Below are positions 26,702-39,359 of a DNA stretch of 64,000 nucleotides, one piece after another (position 1 is the first letter of the stretch; every line of letters begins with the position of its first letter). The translations under genes were made by a program, and so were the position numbers. Location: assembly GCA_964016885.1 (NCBI GenBank), contig OZ024763.1, forward strand, positions 21,080,001 to 21,144,000. The letters are read 5' to 3'. A model generated the notes under the pieces. It was given only the letters and a program-made list of their open reading frames with translations. It had not been told where the DNA came from and did not search any database. The stretch is from Eledone cirrhosa. Its lineage: Eukaryota.

Positions 26702-27850
26702 ATTGGCTAATCTAGCTGGTTTATTCTGAATATTTACCTGTGATTAATTGTAAAGGTTATAATGAGTTATCACAGGTGACACCCAGTTCACCCTGTAATG
26801 TAGTAACATTGGTAACATTGACCAATATAGCAGGTTTATTCTGAATATTTACCTGTGATTAATTGTAAAGGTTATAATAAGTTATCACAGGTGACACCCA
26901 GTTCACCCTGTAATGTAGTAACATTGGTAACATTGACCAATATAGCAGGTTTATTCTGAATATTTACCTGTGATTAATTGTAAAGGTTATAATGAGTTAT
27001 CACAGGTGACACCCAGTTCACCCTGTAATGTAGTAACATTGGTAACATTGACCAATATAGCAGGTTTATTCTGAATATTTACCTGTGATTAATTGTAAAG
27101 GTTATAATGAGTTATCACAGGTGACACCCAGTTCACCCTGTAATGTAGTAACATTGGTAACATTGACCAATATAGCAGGTTTATTCTGAATATTTACCTG
27201 TGATTAATTGTAAAGGTTATAATGAGTTATCACAGGTGACACCCAGTTCACCCTGTAATGTAGTAACATTGGTAACATTGACCAATCTAGCTGGTTTATT
27301 CTGAATATTTACCTGTGATTAATTGTAAAGGTTATAATGAGTTATCACAGGTGACACCCAGTTCACCCTGTAATGTAGCAACATGACCAATATAGCTGGT
27401 TTATTCTGAATATTTACCTGTGATTAATTGTAAAGGTTATAATGAGTTATCACAGGTGACACCCAGTTCACCCTGTAATGTAGTAACATTGGTAACATTG
27501 ACCAATATAGCAGGTTTATTCTGAATATTTACCTGTGATTAATTGTAAAGGTTATAATGAGTTATCACAGGTGACACCCAGTTCACCCTGTAATGTAGTA
27601 ACATTGGGAACATTGACCAATCTAGCTGGTTTATTCTGAATAATTATTAGTAATTACTTGTAAAGGTTGTAATGAGCTAGCACTGGTGACACCCAGTTCA
27701 CCCTGTAAAGCAATAGTGCTGGTGCCACAACAAAAAGCACACAGTTCACCCTATAATGTGGTAATACTGAGGACATTGGCTAATCTAGCTGGTTTATTCT
27801 GAATATTTACCTGTGATTTATTGTAAAGGGTGTAATGAGTTAGCACTGGT
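26702..27850. repeat. Tandem array of 115-bp units (8 conserved, one with a 10-bp deletion, plus 2 diverged)
   Basis: ggtttattctgaa recurs at 26718, 26833, 26948, 27063, 27178, 27293, 27398, 27513, 27628 and 27791. Confidence 0.95.
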
Positions 27851-27854
27851 GACG

Positions 27855-28145
27855 ACACCCAGTTCACCCTGTAATGTGGTTACATTGGTGCTATGACTAA
27901 ATACACCCAGTTCGGCCTGTAATGTAGTAACACTGGTGACATTATAAAACACACCCAGTCCACTCTGTAAAGTGGTAATATTGGTGACAGGACTAAATAC
28001 ATCCAGGCCACCCTGTAAGGTGGTAACATTAGTGTCAGGACGAAATACACCCAATTCACCTTGTAAATTGTTGATACTGATAACATGATGAAACACACCC
28101 AGTCCACCTCGTGAAGCAATAGTGCTGGTGCCACAACAAAAAGCA
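27855..28145. repeat. Diverged minisatellite, 6 x 48 bp
   Basis: acaYccaR...gtRa anchors at 27855, 27903, 27951, 27999, 28047 and 28095 give an exact 48-bp period. Confidence 0.9.
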
Positions 28146-28146
28146 G

Positions 28147-28392
28147 TCTACGCGCCTTGTTGCTTGGTTTAGTATAGTATAGTTACCAACACATCTTATA
28201 ACAATATATTTGACTATTGATCACATGGCTACAGTCTACAACCTGTGTTGCTGGGTTTAGTGTAGTTATCAACACATCATATAGTGATATATTTGACTAA
28301 TGGTCACATGGCTACAGTCTATGAACCTTGTTGCTGGGTTTAGTATAGTTTAGTTACCAACACATCATATAGCAATATATTTGACTAATGGA
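28147..28392. repeat. Three diverged ~85-bp tandem units
   Basis: tgttgctKggtttagt...caacacatc...atatttgacta is repeated three times. Confidence 0.8.
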
Positions 28393-28849
28393 TTTCAGAG
28401 TGAAAACCGTTCCAGTCAATTAAGTCTTTAACTAGAACAGACATATCCATTGTTCCATATCGAAAGACCATCATTTATATTACTGCTTACTTCTAGATGT
28501 CATTTCAACTCTATGATTTCAGCCTGTCATTATCTTATCAAGACAATTAATAGCTAAATATTTATTCAGTCACCATGCAGAATGGGTTATGGCTTATGGG
28601 TTATACTGTAACCATTCACTAAAGTAATTATTGTTTTGACGGTTGTAATGTTAATTTTTCATTCATTTTAAAAATATTTAGCAGCCGATGGCAACTTCTT
28701 TTCCCCTTTTTAAGGATCTTCGCCCTATTTTATAAGCTATATTATTTTATGGCATCTTTGTGCATGAACACACCTTTTTTTTTATATTGATTTCTTTTTC
28801 TTCAATATTTCATCCCCTTTGTTAAACAACTCACAGAATTTCTTTCAAC

Positions 28850-29200
28850 TCACATAGCTTTCTTTCAAGAAAATAAAATACAAATTTCTTCACATAACTT
28901 TCTTTCAAGAAAATTAGCTTTCCTTCAAGAAAATAACACAAATTTCTGAACACAGCTTTCTTTCAAGAAAATAACATACAAATTTCTTCACATAGCTTTC
29001 CTTTAAGAAAATACCATACAAATTTCTTCACATATTGTTATATTTGCGGAGAGTCATGTTGTTCTAATATTGCCAGAAAAATAGAGTAAAACACACTAAC
29101 TCTTTGTTTTGGTTTTTACTTCAGTATATTTTTATATTTCTATAAATAATTTCTTCATATAGCTTTCTTTCAAGAAAATAACAGAAATTTCTGGACATAA
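28850..29200. repeat. Degenerate ~40-bp minisatellite
   Basis: Recurring atagctttctttcaagaaaataacatacaaatttcttcac. Confidence 0.75.
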
Positions 29201-29421
29201 CCTGAACATAAATATAAAGTAATGAAAATGTTAAAAGGTTAACTTAGATTTCTTTCATATAGATAGCACAAATCATAATAGCAAAAAGTTCTTGAAAATT
29301 ACACAACTGTTCTAAGACTGCATTTCATTAAAAATTTAAGTCACTACATTAATTTATAGCAAATTTTCACAATGATCTGTCCACTGAAATAGAACTAGGT
29401 TTCACCATAACATTTCATTAA

Positions 29422-29839
29422 CCCTTTAGCATTTAAACAGGCTATATCCGGTCAGAATTCTGTCGTCTCTTTCTGTTCAAACCAGCCACAACCGGCCACT
29501 CATACTTATGTTAAGGTATTGTTCTCAAAATAAATAATTGTTTCTACTTTTGGCACAAGGCCAGCAATTATCTCAGTGTATTACTGGTACTTTATTTTAT
29601 CGACCCCGTAAGGATGAAAGGCAAAGTTAATCTCGGCGGGATTTGAACTCAGACCATAAAGGGCCGTAACTCTTTGGTGCAAAGCATGGCATCCAACCCT
29701 CTACCGATACTGCCAATCCACCGCCCTTTAAAATAAATATCAAAATCTCAGATTTGATATTATGTGAGATAATTATGTAAGATAAAGCCTTACCAAGGAA
29801 ATACAATAGTATATATAGAGTAATGTGAATGCTAAAGGG
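29422..29839. mobile_element. piggyBac-type MITE (TTAA TSD, TIR CCCTTTAGCATT) containing a nested SINE at ~29536-29728
   Basis: ttaa|ccctttagcatt ... aatgctaaaggg|ttaa; the SINE is flanked by aaaataaata duplicates. Confidence 0.85.
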
Positions 29840-30639
29840 TTAAATAAAATATTCTAATGTTACAGCAAAGCTTTCTATATTCCTGTTTCAATTTTCAAAC
29901 ATCACTCACCACTTTCTCAACATACTTTCTATGGATGTTTACTATATTTTCAAACAGATTGCAAATTTATTTCAGTACATTCAGTCTAATTTGTATTTTA
30001 TGTTTTGTATTATTTTTTTTTTCCAATTTCTTTTCTTTCGTCTTCTTCTTCTTCTGAAGAGAGGATCTAATTATCAAAGAAACTCGGTTGATTCACAGAG
30101 TCTCAATAACTGCAACTGAGTTAGTTCTTGTGTAAAAATAGAAAATACTTTTATCCATTTATTTATATTTCATTTATTTATTTATTTATATATTTATTCA
30201 TTTATTTGTTTGTTTATTTATTTATTTGTTTATTTATTTATTTGTTTGTTTATTTATTTACCTATTTTGTTTCTAAATAAACTTTCATCCGCTCTCATTT
30301 GTTAAAATCGTTTGTGTCATTTAGTCCGTATGAAGAAAATATAAGCCAAAGAGAAAACAAAAATAATAAACATTGAAAAAACAGCATTAAAAATATATTT
30401 AAAAAAAAAACCCCAAAACACAAAAAGAAAAAAACAGAAAAGAAAAATTTACAATGGAATTTAAAAAAGAAAATTGTCTTGATAATATGGAATATTTTTA
30501 TTTTTATCCAAAGAATGAATTAATCCTCCTCCTCCTCCTCCTCCTCCTCCTCATCATCATCATCATCATCATCATGGCAATGACAATGAAGGGAAACTAT
30601 TCATTCTGATATACATAAAAATAGTTATAATTAGTCTAA

Positions 30640-30866
30640 GGGCAGTGGATTAGCAATAACCGTTAGAGCGTCAGACAACATGCTTTGTGAAATATACCTA
30701 TGTCCCTTTACATTTTGAGTTCAAATCCTGCTGAGGTTAGCTTTGTCTTTCATTCTTATGGAGGTTGATAAAATAAAGTACCAGTAATGTACTGGGTTTG
30801 ATTTAATTGACTTTCCCTTCCCCCCAAATTGTTGGCCTTGTGCCTAAATCAGAAACCATTATTATT
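30640..30866 (+). mobile_element. tRNA-derived SINE family 1
   Basis: gggcagtggattagc...gagttcaaatcc...aaataaagtaccag...ggccttgtgcc. Confidence 0.8.
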
Positions 30867-30992
30867 AGTCTTATTTTTATTGTGTTGCCACTGCACTACT
30901 GAGCACAGTTCAGTGTGTCTTGGGTATGTGCAGTGTTGTTTTTGGTGATGTTGTTGTTTCTGTTGTATTGAAAGTACTCTTCATAATATTAT

Positions 30993-31178
30993 AATTGTTT
31001 CTACTTTTGGCACAAGGCCAGCAATTACCCCAGTGTATTACTGGTTCTTTATTTTATCGACCCCCGTAAGGATGAAGGGCAAAGTTAACCTCGGCGGGAT
31101 TTGAACTCAGACCATAAAGGGCCATAACTCTTTGCTGTAAAGCATGGTGTCAGATCCTCTACTGATACTGCCAATTCA
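30993..31178 (-). mobile_element. tRNA-derived SINE family 1
   Basis: Reverse complement of the family consensus. Confidence 0.85.
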
Positions 31179-31194
31179 TAATATGATAATATGC

Positions 31195-31482
31195 GGTAGG
31201 CATGTGACCTAGTGGTAAGGGTGTTGGACTTACGATCATAATGTTGTGGGTTGGATTCCTGGGCTGCGTTGTATGTTGTGTTCTTGAGCAAAACACTTCA
31301 TTTCACATTGCTCCAGAATGCTCAGCTGAAAATGAGTATCAGCAATAGCTGGGGTTTTAATCCTGCGATGGAGTGGCATCCTGTCCAGGGAGGAGTCTTG
31401 TACTCTCAGTCGCTTCACCCCATGAAACCAGGATAAGCACCGGCCTAACGAGCCTTCTGGTTCACGACAGACTTTAAACTTT
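31195..31482 (+). mobile_element. tRNA/CORE-like SINE with V-domain-like tail
   Basis: cctagtggtaagg...ttcttgagcaaaacactt...cctgcgatggagtggcatcctgtccaggg...gaaaccaggataagcaccggcc. Confidence 0.8.
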
Positions 31483-31959
31483 AGCGTCTAGTAGGGCTGT
31501 TTTTGGTATGTTGTATATATGAGTCCTAGGGTTTTGGTGATACAACTATGTGTGCGTGTTTTCTTGTCATTCCCAGAGCACCTATTATTATTATAGGTAT
31601 TGTTTTTGTTTTGATCAACCACCTTCAGGTTATTTCTGATAATGATAAAAAGCTGGATAGAAAACTTTTGAACTGGATTTTATAAAGAAAGAAGTCCATT
31701 GTATTAACATATATTTTTAGATTATTAAATTTTGAGAAGTTAAAAAATTACTAAATTTTTATTTTCAGTGCAGTCTGTTTACTGAATAAATTTTATTTTT
31801 ATCATTTAGCTACACAGGAAGTATATATATGTGTGTGTATGTGCATATATATCATCATCATCATTTAATGTCTATCTTCCATGCTAGCATGGGTTAGACG
31901 GGAATTGTCCCACTTGAAGCAAGATTGATTGGGTGACCGTGACTCGCTTGTATTATATG

Positions 31960-32145
31960 TGGATTGGCAGTATCGGTAGAGGGTCGGACGCCATGCTTTG
32001 ACGCAAAGAGTTACGGCCCTTTCCATTCTGAGTTCAAATCCCGCCGCGGTTAACTTTGCCTTTCATCCTTACGGGGGTCGATGAAATAAAGTACCAGTAA
32101 TGCACTGGGTAATTGCTGGCCTTGTGCCAAAAGTAGAAACAATTA
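31960..32145 (+). mobile_element. tRNA-derived SINE family 1
   Basis: ggattggcagtatcgg...gagttcaaatcc...gtagaaacaatt. Confidence 0.88.
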
Positions 32146-32371
32146 TATATATATATATTTATATAATATGTTCGTTTATGAAGAATGAAGGGTAACAAAT
32201 GTGTATTGCACTTAACTCATTAGTGAACTATTACACCATATTATTACCAATAGTGAACTATTACACCATAACCTCATATATATATATATATATTATTAGG
32301 GTAAACATTGATGCAATTCAATTCAAGCACTCAACGTACTTTTTCCACATAGGAGTGACGGAGTAAATATC

Positions 32372-32461
32372 GAATAAGTAAAAGCGAAGTAGTTTCAGAT
32401 GTTCAAGTCCTTTAATATTAAAGGACTTGAACATCTGAACCTACTTCGCTTTTACTTATTC
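32372..32461. repeat. 90-bp spacerless palindrome (45-bp arms, 1 mismatch)
   Basis: gaataagta...tcctttaat|attaaagga...tacttattc. Confidence 0.95.
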
Positions 32462-32962
32462 TATATATATATATATATAATATTAAGAAGTACTATGTAC
32501 CTATCGTAGTCTGTCATGGCTTACTAGCTCTATACTGACATTTAAATTGATTAAATATATATATATATAATCAAAATCTATAAACAACATATAAGTCAAT
32601 ATATGCCAACACAAGAGCAAGAATAATTGGGTCATTCTACTTACATGGTTTAAAGAGGCTGTTTGCATAATTGCAAACGAATCGAATATTATTAATATTT
32701 GAAAAGCTCAGATTACATTTCATAAATATATATATATATATCGTACTAAGAAGTACTATGTACCTCTCCTAGTCTGTCACGGCTTACTAGCTCTATACGG
32801 ACGTTTAAGTTGATTAAATAGATAAATGAATGAATAAATGATACCGGTATCGTACAGAAAAAAATATATCATCATCATCGTTTAACATCTACCACGTTAG
32901 CATGGGTAGGATATATATATATATATATTTCGGCAACTCGGTACAAAGCACTTAAAGAAATA

Positions 32963-33330
32963 TTGATTTCTTTATTAGCCACAAGGGCGCAACAAGAAAG
33001 GGGACAATACAAAGACATGCCGGGGATTTTACATACAGTCGTGTAAAAAATATAAAAACAAACAATTTCAACAATCGAAATCCCCAATAGGGGGGAGGCG
33101 CCACAAATGGGTTGTTTAATACCCCGTCGATAGAACAACCCTCAACTCCAGGAGCGTGTTGTGCAAGTGCTCCTTTCTTCCTTTTGCTCTCTTCCTCAAC
33201 CTACAGGCTTATAAACAGAGAAGGCCCAATCACTCGGGCCATTTTCGCTTCATTCACCCACCTTTCAGTAAATTTACTGGGGTGCAGTGCCTCTCTCTCC
33301 ACCCTGATTCTCCTTCTAAAGTGATACTTA
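32963..33330 (-). mobile_element. 3' fragment of a related Tx1/L1-like LINE
   Basis: The 3' end tttctttattagccacaaggg matches 54818 onward. Minus-strand translation RIRVEREALHPSKFTERWVNEAKMARVIGPSL is homologous to KIRVEGEVFSSQHFVERWVREARMAQVNGPTL. Confidence 0.8.
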
Positions 33331-35924
33331 AAGAATGGAATCATTGTCCTTAAATTAGTCTAGTTGTTTCAGTCCAGTACTTAATTAAAAATAGGTGTCA
33401 CTACCAATTCGTTAGTGATTAGTATTAGATTGTTAGTAATTGTTCATTTAATTATTTCACTATTCAGTAACAATCAACTGATTGGTGATAATTGATTTCT
33501 GATTTTTTTTTTTTTGGTAATATTTGCCAACTTAACTCTGTACATTTTGTTGGTGTGACAGATTGGTCTTTTTTTCTAGTGAACAGCATGGTCAACTGGG
33601 CAGACTTGCCTCATTAGTAGGACCACACAGTTCCACACAGTAAACGTGGTTGGTGTTAGGAAGGACATCCAGCTGTAAAAACCCCACCCAAAATACAGTT
33701 CTGTTTGAGCAAGGTGCAATGCAGCCAACTGGCCACACTGTAAATGTGGTTTGAGCTAGTTTCACATTTGATGGTCACTACCTTTATGAGATAAAAAGAT
33801 CTTTGACATAGAATCAATAAAACACATTCCTAAGGTTAGTTTGCACTTGCAATGCTAGTTGAATCGTAATAAAATCCAATAGTATTGAACTGTTTTGATT
33901 TTATGGAATTGAAAAAAAAAAAGAAAAAGAAAAATCAATTACCCATTATATATTTTCACATGAAAGGAACCGATCAGATTTACCATTAAATACTTAATGT
34001 TTATCTAATTTATCTAAACCTTAGGAATTATCGGAGTACTGGGAGTGCTTAAAATTTGAAATGGTGAGACTCCCAAATGTAGAAAATAACTGTAGTGACA
34101 GTCAATCACTATAGATAATAGTTGAGAAAATTGGATAAAGTATATTTAGATGTCAGCAGCCCGTCTGAAGAAGGAACCCTGTGAACTGAGGTGGCTGTTG
34201 CAGTGAGTGTCGTTGGCCATTGTCCGCAGAAATGCCTTTGAAGTTTTGTCCGTGGGGCACTGCCGAAACACTGCCCTGCCTTAGGCATAGATCCTATCAC
34301 CCTTGCCCCTTCTCCCTTCCCTTTCCTCTGTGGCCTAATAGACCTTGCTTTTCCTCTCCTTTTCTTCTCATTTATGGCATTTATAGTCCTTTTATCTACT
34401 TTCCTATACAGCCAGATCTGCCCTTCCTTATATCTCTCCCCCTTTTTTTCATTACTTAATTTGGGTTTTATCTTCTCTTTTCATATTTCCATCATTGTAT
34501 AACTTCTGTCTGTAAAATATAGTTGACATATGTTTATGTATAATTAGTTACTCCCAGGTCTTCAATAATCATCCCCACTTCGCTTATTAATTTTTCAGAT
34601 TTCTTTCCACCCCCAACCTCCCATGCTTATTAAATTTTGCTAATCTATCTCTGGCAAAATTTTATTATAAGTGATTTATATCGATACAGCAGCTGGAGAA
34701 TCTAATAATTATTTTATTTTTCATTTAAAAACATTTTATATGACAAAAAAAGAACATTAACAAGAAATCCCATATTTCTGAACGTACACTATACAATTAC
34801 TGATTTCCCAGTCCCCCTGTTTATTTCAACCCCTCGGTTATAATAATTTAAAAATGAAAAAGCCCCTAGTACATTCTGTGAAGTGGTTGGCATTAGGTAG
34901 GGTGTTCAGACCTAGAAAACCAAGCTGAAAATGGAATGTATGAGCTGAGAAAGACATGGTTATCTGACTTGGATGGCTTCTTAATGTGACAGCAAGTCTA
35001 AGCCATACAAAGTATGGAAAATAGACATTTAATGGTGGTGGTGGTGGTGATGACACTTACGATGATGATAACGATGATGATGATAACGATGATGAGGATG
35101 AGGAGGATGATGATGATGATGGTGGTAATGACAATTACAATGATGACGATGATGTAAATGGTGATAATTGTGGTGGTGGTGGCGATGATGATGATGTCAA
35201 TGATGATGATGGTGGGGATGATGATTATGATGATGATGATGGTGTTGACAATGATGACGATGATGGTTATGATGATGATGATGATATGTCGATGATGATG
35301 ATGATGATGGTGATGGCAATTATGATGAGGATGATGTCAATGATGGTGGTGGTGGTGGTGGTGGTGGTGGTGATGGTGGTGGTGATGATAACGATGATGA
35401 GGATGATGGTGATGATGATGGTGATGGTCGTGTTCAAGATGATGATGATGATGATGATGATGGCAATGAATCTGTAAGTAAGCATGTAAGTAAATAAATA
35501 AATAAGCAATGCATGTAAAAAGAGAAACACATGTCTTAAACGTTCGTTACTAATGAGACGACACCTGTCCTTGTGATTTACAAAAACTCCCTTTCTGTCA
35601 TGGCGGAATGTTCAATGTTCTTCGACAAAATAATCGGAGTCAGCTTTTACTGATAATAGATGATGTCACTACTTCGTATTGACCTTCGTTAATGATGACA
35701 CCACTGATTTATATTATACATACATGACAGAGAATAGTTGTGACACTTTTAAAAGTTTCTTTTTTTCTTTTCTGTAATTTCTGGATATTCCTTTTTTGTT
35801 TGTTTTGTTTTGTTTTGTTTTGTTTGTTTGTTTGTTTGTGTATTGATGTCTAGAAAAGTGGAGATCAATAAATAGTTCTGTAAATATTGATTTCAATGAG
35901 ATGTTGTTGCAGTATATGTCACTA

Positions 35925-36505
35925 AGGTAGACTTGTTCTTCAACAGTAACATTAGTAATATTGTGACAGCCCTCAAATAACTGTCTACTGAACATTACTA
36001 ACCCCTAACTACTGAAGATTACTAACACAACCCTAAACCTAACCTAACTCAACCTAACTCAACCGTAACCTAACCCTAACCTAAACCTAACCTAAACCTA
36101 ACCCTAACCTCAACCCTAACCCAGACTTGTTCTTAAACAGTAAGATTAGTAATATTGTGACAATCCTCAAATAATGTTGTAACTATCTACTGAATATTAC
36201 TAACCCCTAACCTAACTCTAACCCTAACCCAACTTTAACCCTACCCTAACCCTAATCTAATCCTAACACAACCGTAACACTAACCCTAACCTCAAACCTA
36301 GCCTTAACTCTAACCCCTAACCCAACTCTAACCCTAACCTAATCCAACCGTAACACTCACCCTAATCTAACCCTAACACTAACCCATCTCTAACCCTAAC
36401 CCTCAGTTAGATTTGTTCTGTAGCAGTAAAATTAGTAATATTGAGATAATCCGCAGATAATGTTGTAATTATGTAGTAAACCCTAACCTCAACCCTAACC
36501 CTAAT
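35925..36505. repeat. Composite repeat: ~70-bp unit x3 alternating with degenerate (CCCTAA)n telomere-like tracts
   Basis: agaYttgttct...cagtaa.attagtaatattg at ~35930, ~36123 and ~36408, each followed by cctaac/ccctaa runs. Confidence 0.85.
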
Positions 36506-37172
36506 GAAAGTAATCCTCAATGTTTATTTGTTCAATTCTACCCAGTTACCCTCACTAAATCACTAAATTACTCACACACTGGCCTTCAAGGTTCATTCAT
36601 AATAGGGGCTTCTTTAGCTATACTTCAAGTGCAGCTATTATAAAATGCAAGCTAATGAAAGGAATCATCATCATCATCATCATTTAATGTCCATTTTCCG
36701 TGCTAACAAGGGTAGGGCGGGCTGTCCCTTAATGAGAGATCAGGTTGGAAGACTGTGTTTCGCTCACACAGGCCTGATCTTGGCTCGGTTTCTACGGTTG
36801 GATGCCCTTCCTAATCCTCAATATTTATTTATTCAATTCTTCAGTTGGGCCCCTCACTAAATCACCCACACATTGGCCCTCAATTTGCTTCCTTAATCCT
36901 AATAGAGGCTTCTTTAGCTATACTTCAACATTTCAAATGCACCAGTAGCCAGCAGTTATATTATAAAATGCAAGCTAATGAAAGTAATGTTCAATGGTTA
37001 TTTGTTCAATTCTCCCTAGTTGCCCTCACTAAATCACAAAATTACCCACACATTGGCCCTCAATTTTGTTTCCCAGTAGGGGTTATCTTTAGCTATACTT
37101 GAATACTTCAAGTACAGGAGCAGCAGCAGTAGCAGCAGTTATATAATAGAATGCAAGGAAATGAAAGGAAAT
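36503..37172. repeat. Three ~170-190-bp tandem units, with an RTE-type 3'-end fragment (36664-36813, minus) inserted between units 1 and 2
   Basis: Recurring ttcaattct...ccctcactaaatcac...ctttagctatactt...aatgcaag...aatgaaag. Confidence 0.75.
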
Positions 37173-37214
37173 CAATGAAGAGGTTGATACAGATACAAAT
37201 ACATCAATAAATCA

Positions 37215-37890
37215 TGTGTATAGGTGAGATGGTAAACATAGCTGTACATACGGACACACACATACATACAGACACACACAAGCACACACACGCTGTACAT
37301 CCGGACAGACAGATACAGGCAGACAGACACACACAGACAGATACAGGCAGACAAACACACACACACAGACAGATACAGGCACACACATACAGATACAGGC
37401 AGACAGACACACACACAGACAGACACAGGCACACACATACGGACAGACAAATACAGACAGACACACACATACAGACAGGCACAGCCACACACACGCTGTA
37501 CATACATACATACAGATACAGATAGACACAAACACATGCACAGAGATAGACATGGACACAGACAGATATGCATGCACACAGATACAGACAGACAGACAGA
37601 CAAACATACAGACAGACACACATACACACACACAAACGTACAAGCACACACACAGATAGACAGACACACACACATACACAAACATACAGAGAGAGAGAGA
37701 AGAGAGAGAGAGATGGACACAGAGAAAAAGAGAGGGATAGACAGACAGAGACATAGATAGAGAGAGAGAGAGAGAGATAGAGAGACAGAGACATAGAGAG
37801 AGTCAGTCAGTATTAGAAATACATCAGAAAGAGAGACAAACAAACAGAGAGAGAGAGATAAAGAGAAAGAGTCAATCAATATTAGAAATA

Positions 37891-37935
<45 letters not shown>

Positions 37936-38000
37936 GAGAGAGAAAGAGTCAATCAATATTAGAAATATACCAGAGAGAGTGGGAGAGAGCGAGAGAGAGT
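37215..38000. repeat. (CA)/(GACA)/(GA) compound microsatellite
   Basis: Seen directly in the sequence. Confidence 0.92.
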
Positions 38001-38269
38001 CAGTCAATATCAGAAATCTACCATAAATGTGTAGATTTGTCAAAGTTCAGTTTTATGCACTCGGGAAAATTCCGCAGAAGTTATACATGTATGATTCTAG
38101 TTTTCCATGGAATGTTCCGTCCAATTGTAGTCAGCTTTTGTATTGAAGTCTATTATTTGTTTGGCGATAACGATGAATTAATCATAACGACTTTCATAAC
38201 TTAATAATAATGAATTAGTAATCAGTGTATTGAAATAGTGATGATAATTTAGTGACGATGAATATAAAG

Positions 38270-39195
38270 GCTGGTTTGGTGGTGGTAGTGGAAGTTGTGG
38301 TTGTTGTTGTTGTTGGAGATGGGGGTGATGATGGTAGTGGTGGTGGTGGTGGTGGTGGTGGTGGTGGTGGTGGCGATGATGGTAGTGATGTTGGTGGTGG
38401 TGGTGGTAGCGATGATGGTAGTGATGTTGGTGGTGGTGGTGGTAGCGATGATGGTAGTGATGTTGGTAGTGGTGGTGGTAGCGATGTTGGTAGTGATGTT
38501 GGTGGTGGCGATGATGATAGTGATGTTGGTGGAGGTGGTGATAGTAGTAGTGGTTGTTGTTTGAGATGGTGGTGGTGGTGGTGGCGGCAGTGGTGGTGGT
38601 GGAGGTGGTGGTGGTGGTAGTGGTTATTGTTGATGGTAGTGGTGGTGGTGGTGGTGGTGGTGGTAGTGGTGGAGGTGGTTTTGGTGGGAGTTGTGGTTGC
38701 TGTTGCAGATGGTGGTGATGATGGTAGTGATGTTGGTGGGGGTGGTAGTGGTGGTGGTGGAAGTGGTGATGGCAGTGGTGATGCTGATGGTGATGATGAT
38801 GGTGGTGATGATGATGGTGATAGTAGTGGTGGTTGTGGTTGTTGTTGGAGATGGTGGTGATGATGATGGTAGTGATGTTGGTGGTAGTGGTGTTGGTGGG
38901 GGTGTTAGTGGTGTAGGTGGTAGTGATGGCAATAGTGATGGTGGTGGTGATGTTGGCTGTTTAGTGTTGATGGTGATGATGATGATGGTGGTGATGATGG
39001 TAGTGATGTTGGTGGGGGTGGTGGAGTGGTAGTGATGGCAGTGGTGATGATGGTGGTAGAGATGAATATATCCTTGTTTGGTTGTTGTTGTTGCAATGGT
39101 GCTGGTGATGATTTTGGTGGTGGCGATGATGGCTGTTTGGTGGTGATGATGATGGTGGTGATCGTGGGTATGATGGTGGTGATGGTGGTGATTTA
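38270..39195. repeat. (GGT)/(GAT) low-complexity trinucleotide tract
   Basis: Seen directly in the sequence; similar tracts at 11880-12170, 25975-26235 and 35035-35465. Confidence 0.95.
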
Positions 39196-39359
39196 GGTGA
39201 AAGTCAAAATGTGTTAATCATCATAATCAATACATGTCAATATTTGATTATCAAAGGTAGATATTGAACTAGAACAAATAAATTTATTTCCATGAAATCA
39301 AACAAACAAAATTCTTTCAAAATCGCATATCTAATCCAATCCAGGGCTTTCTCACTCCT

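Noticed and set aside
27855-28145. Repeat-spacer (CRISPR-like) pattern in the 48-bp array
   Set aside because: The variable parts are homologous to each other, so these are diverged tandem units rather than acquired spacers.
36000-36405. True telomere
   Set aside because: The tracts are short, degenerate and internal.
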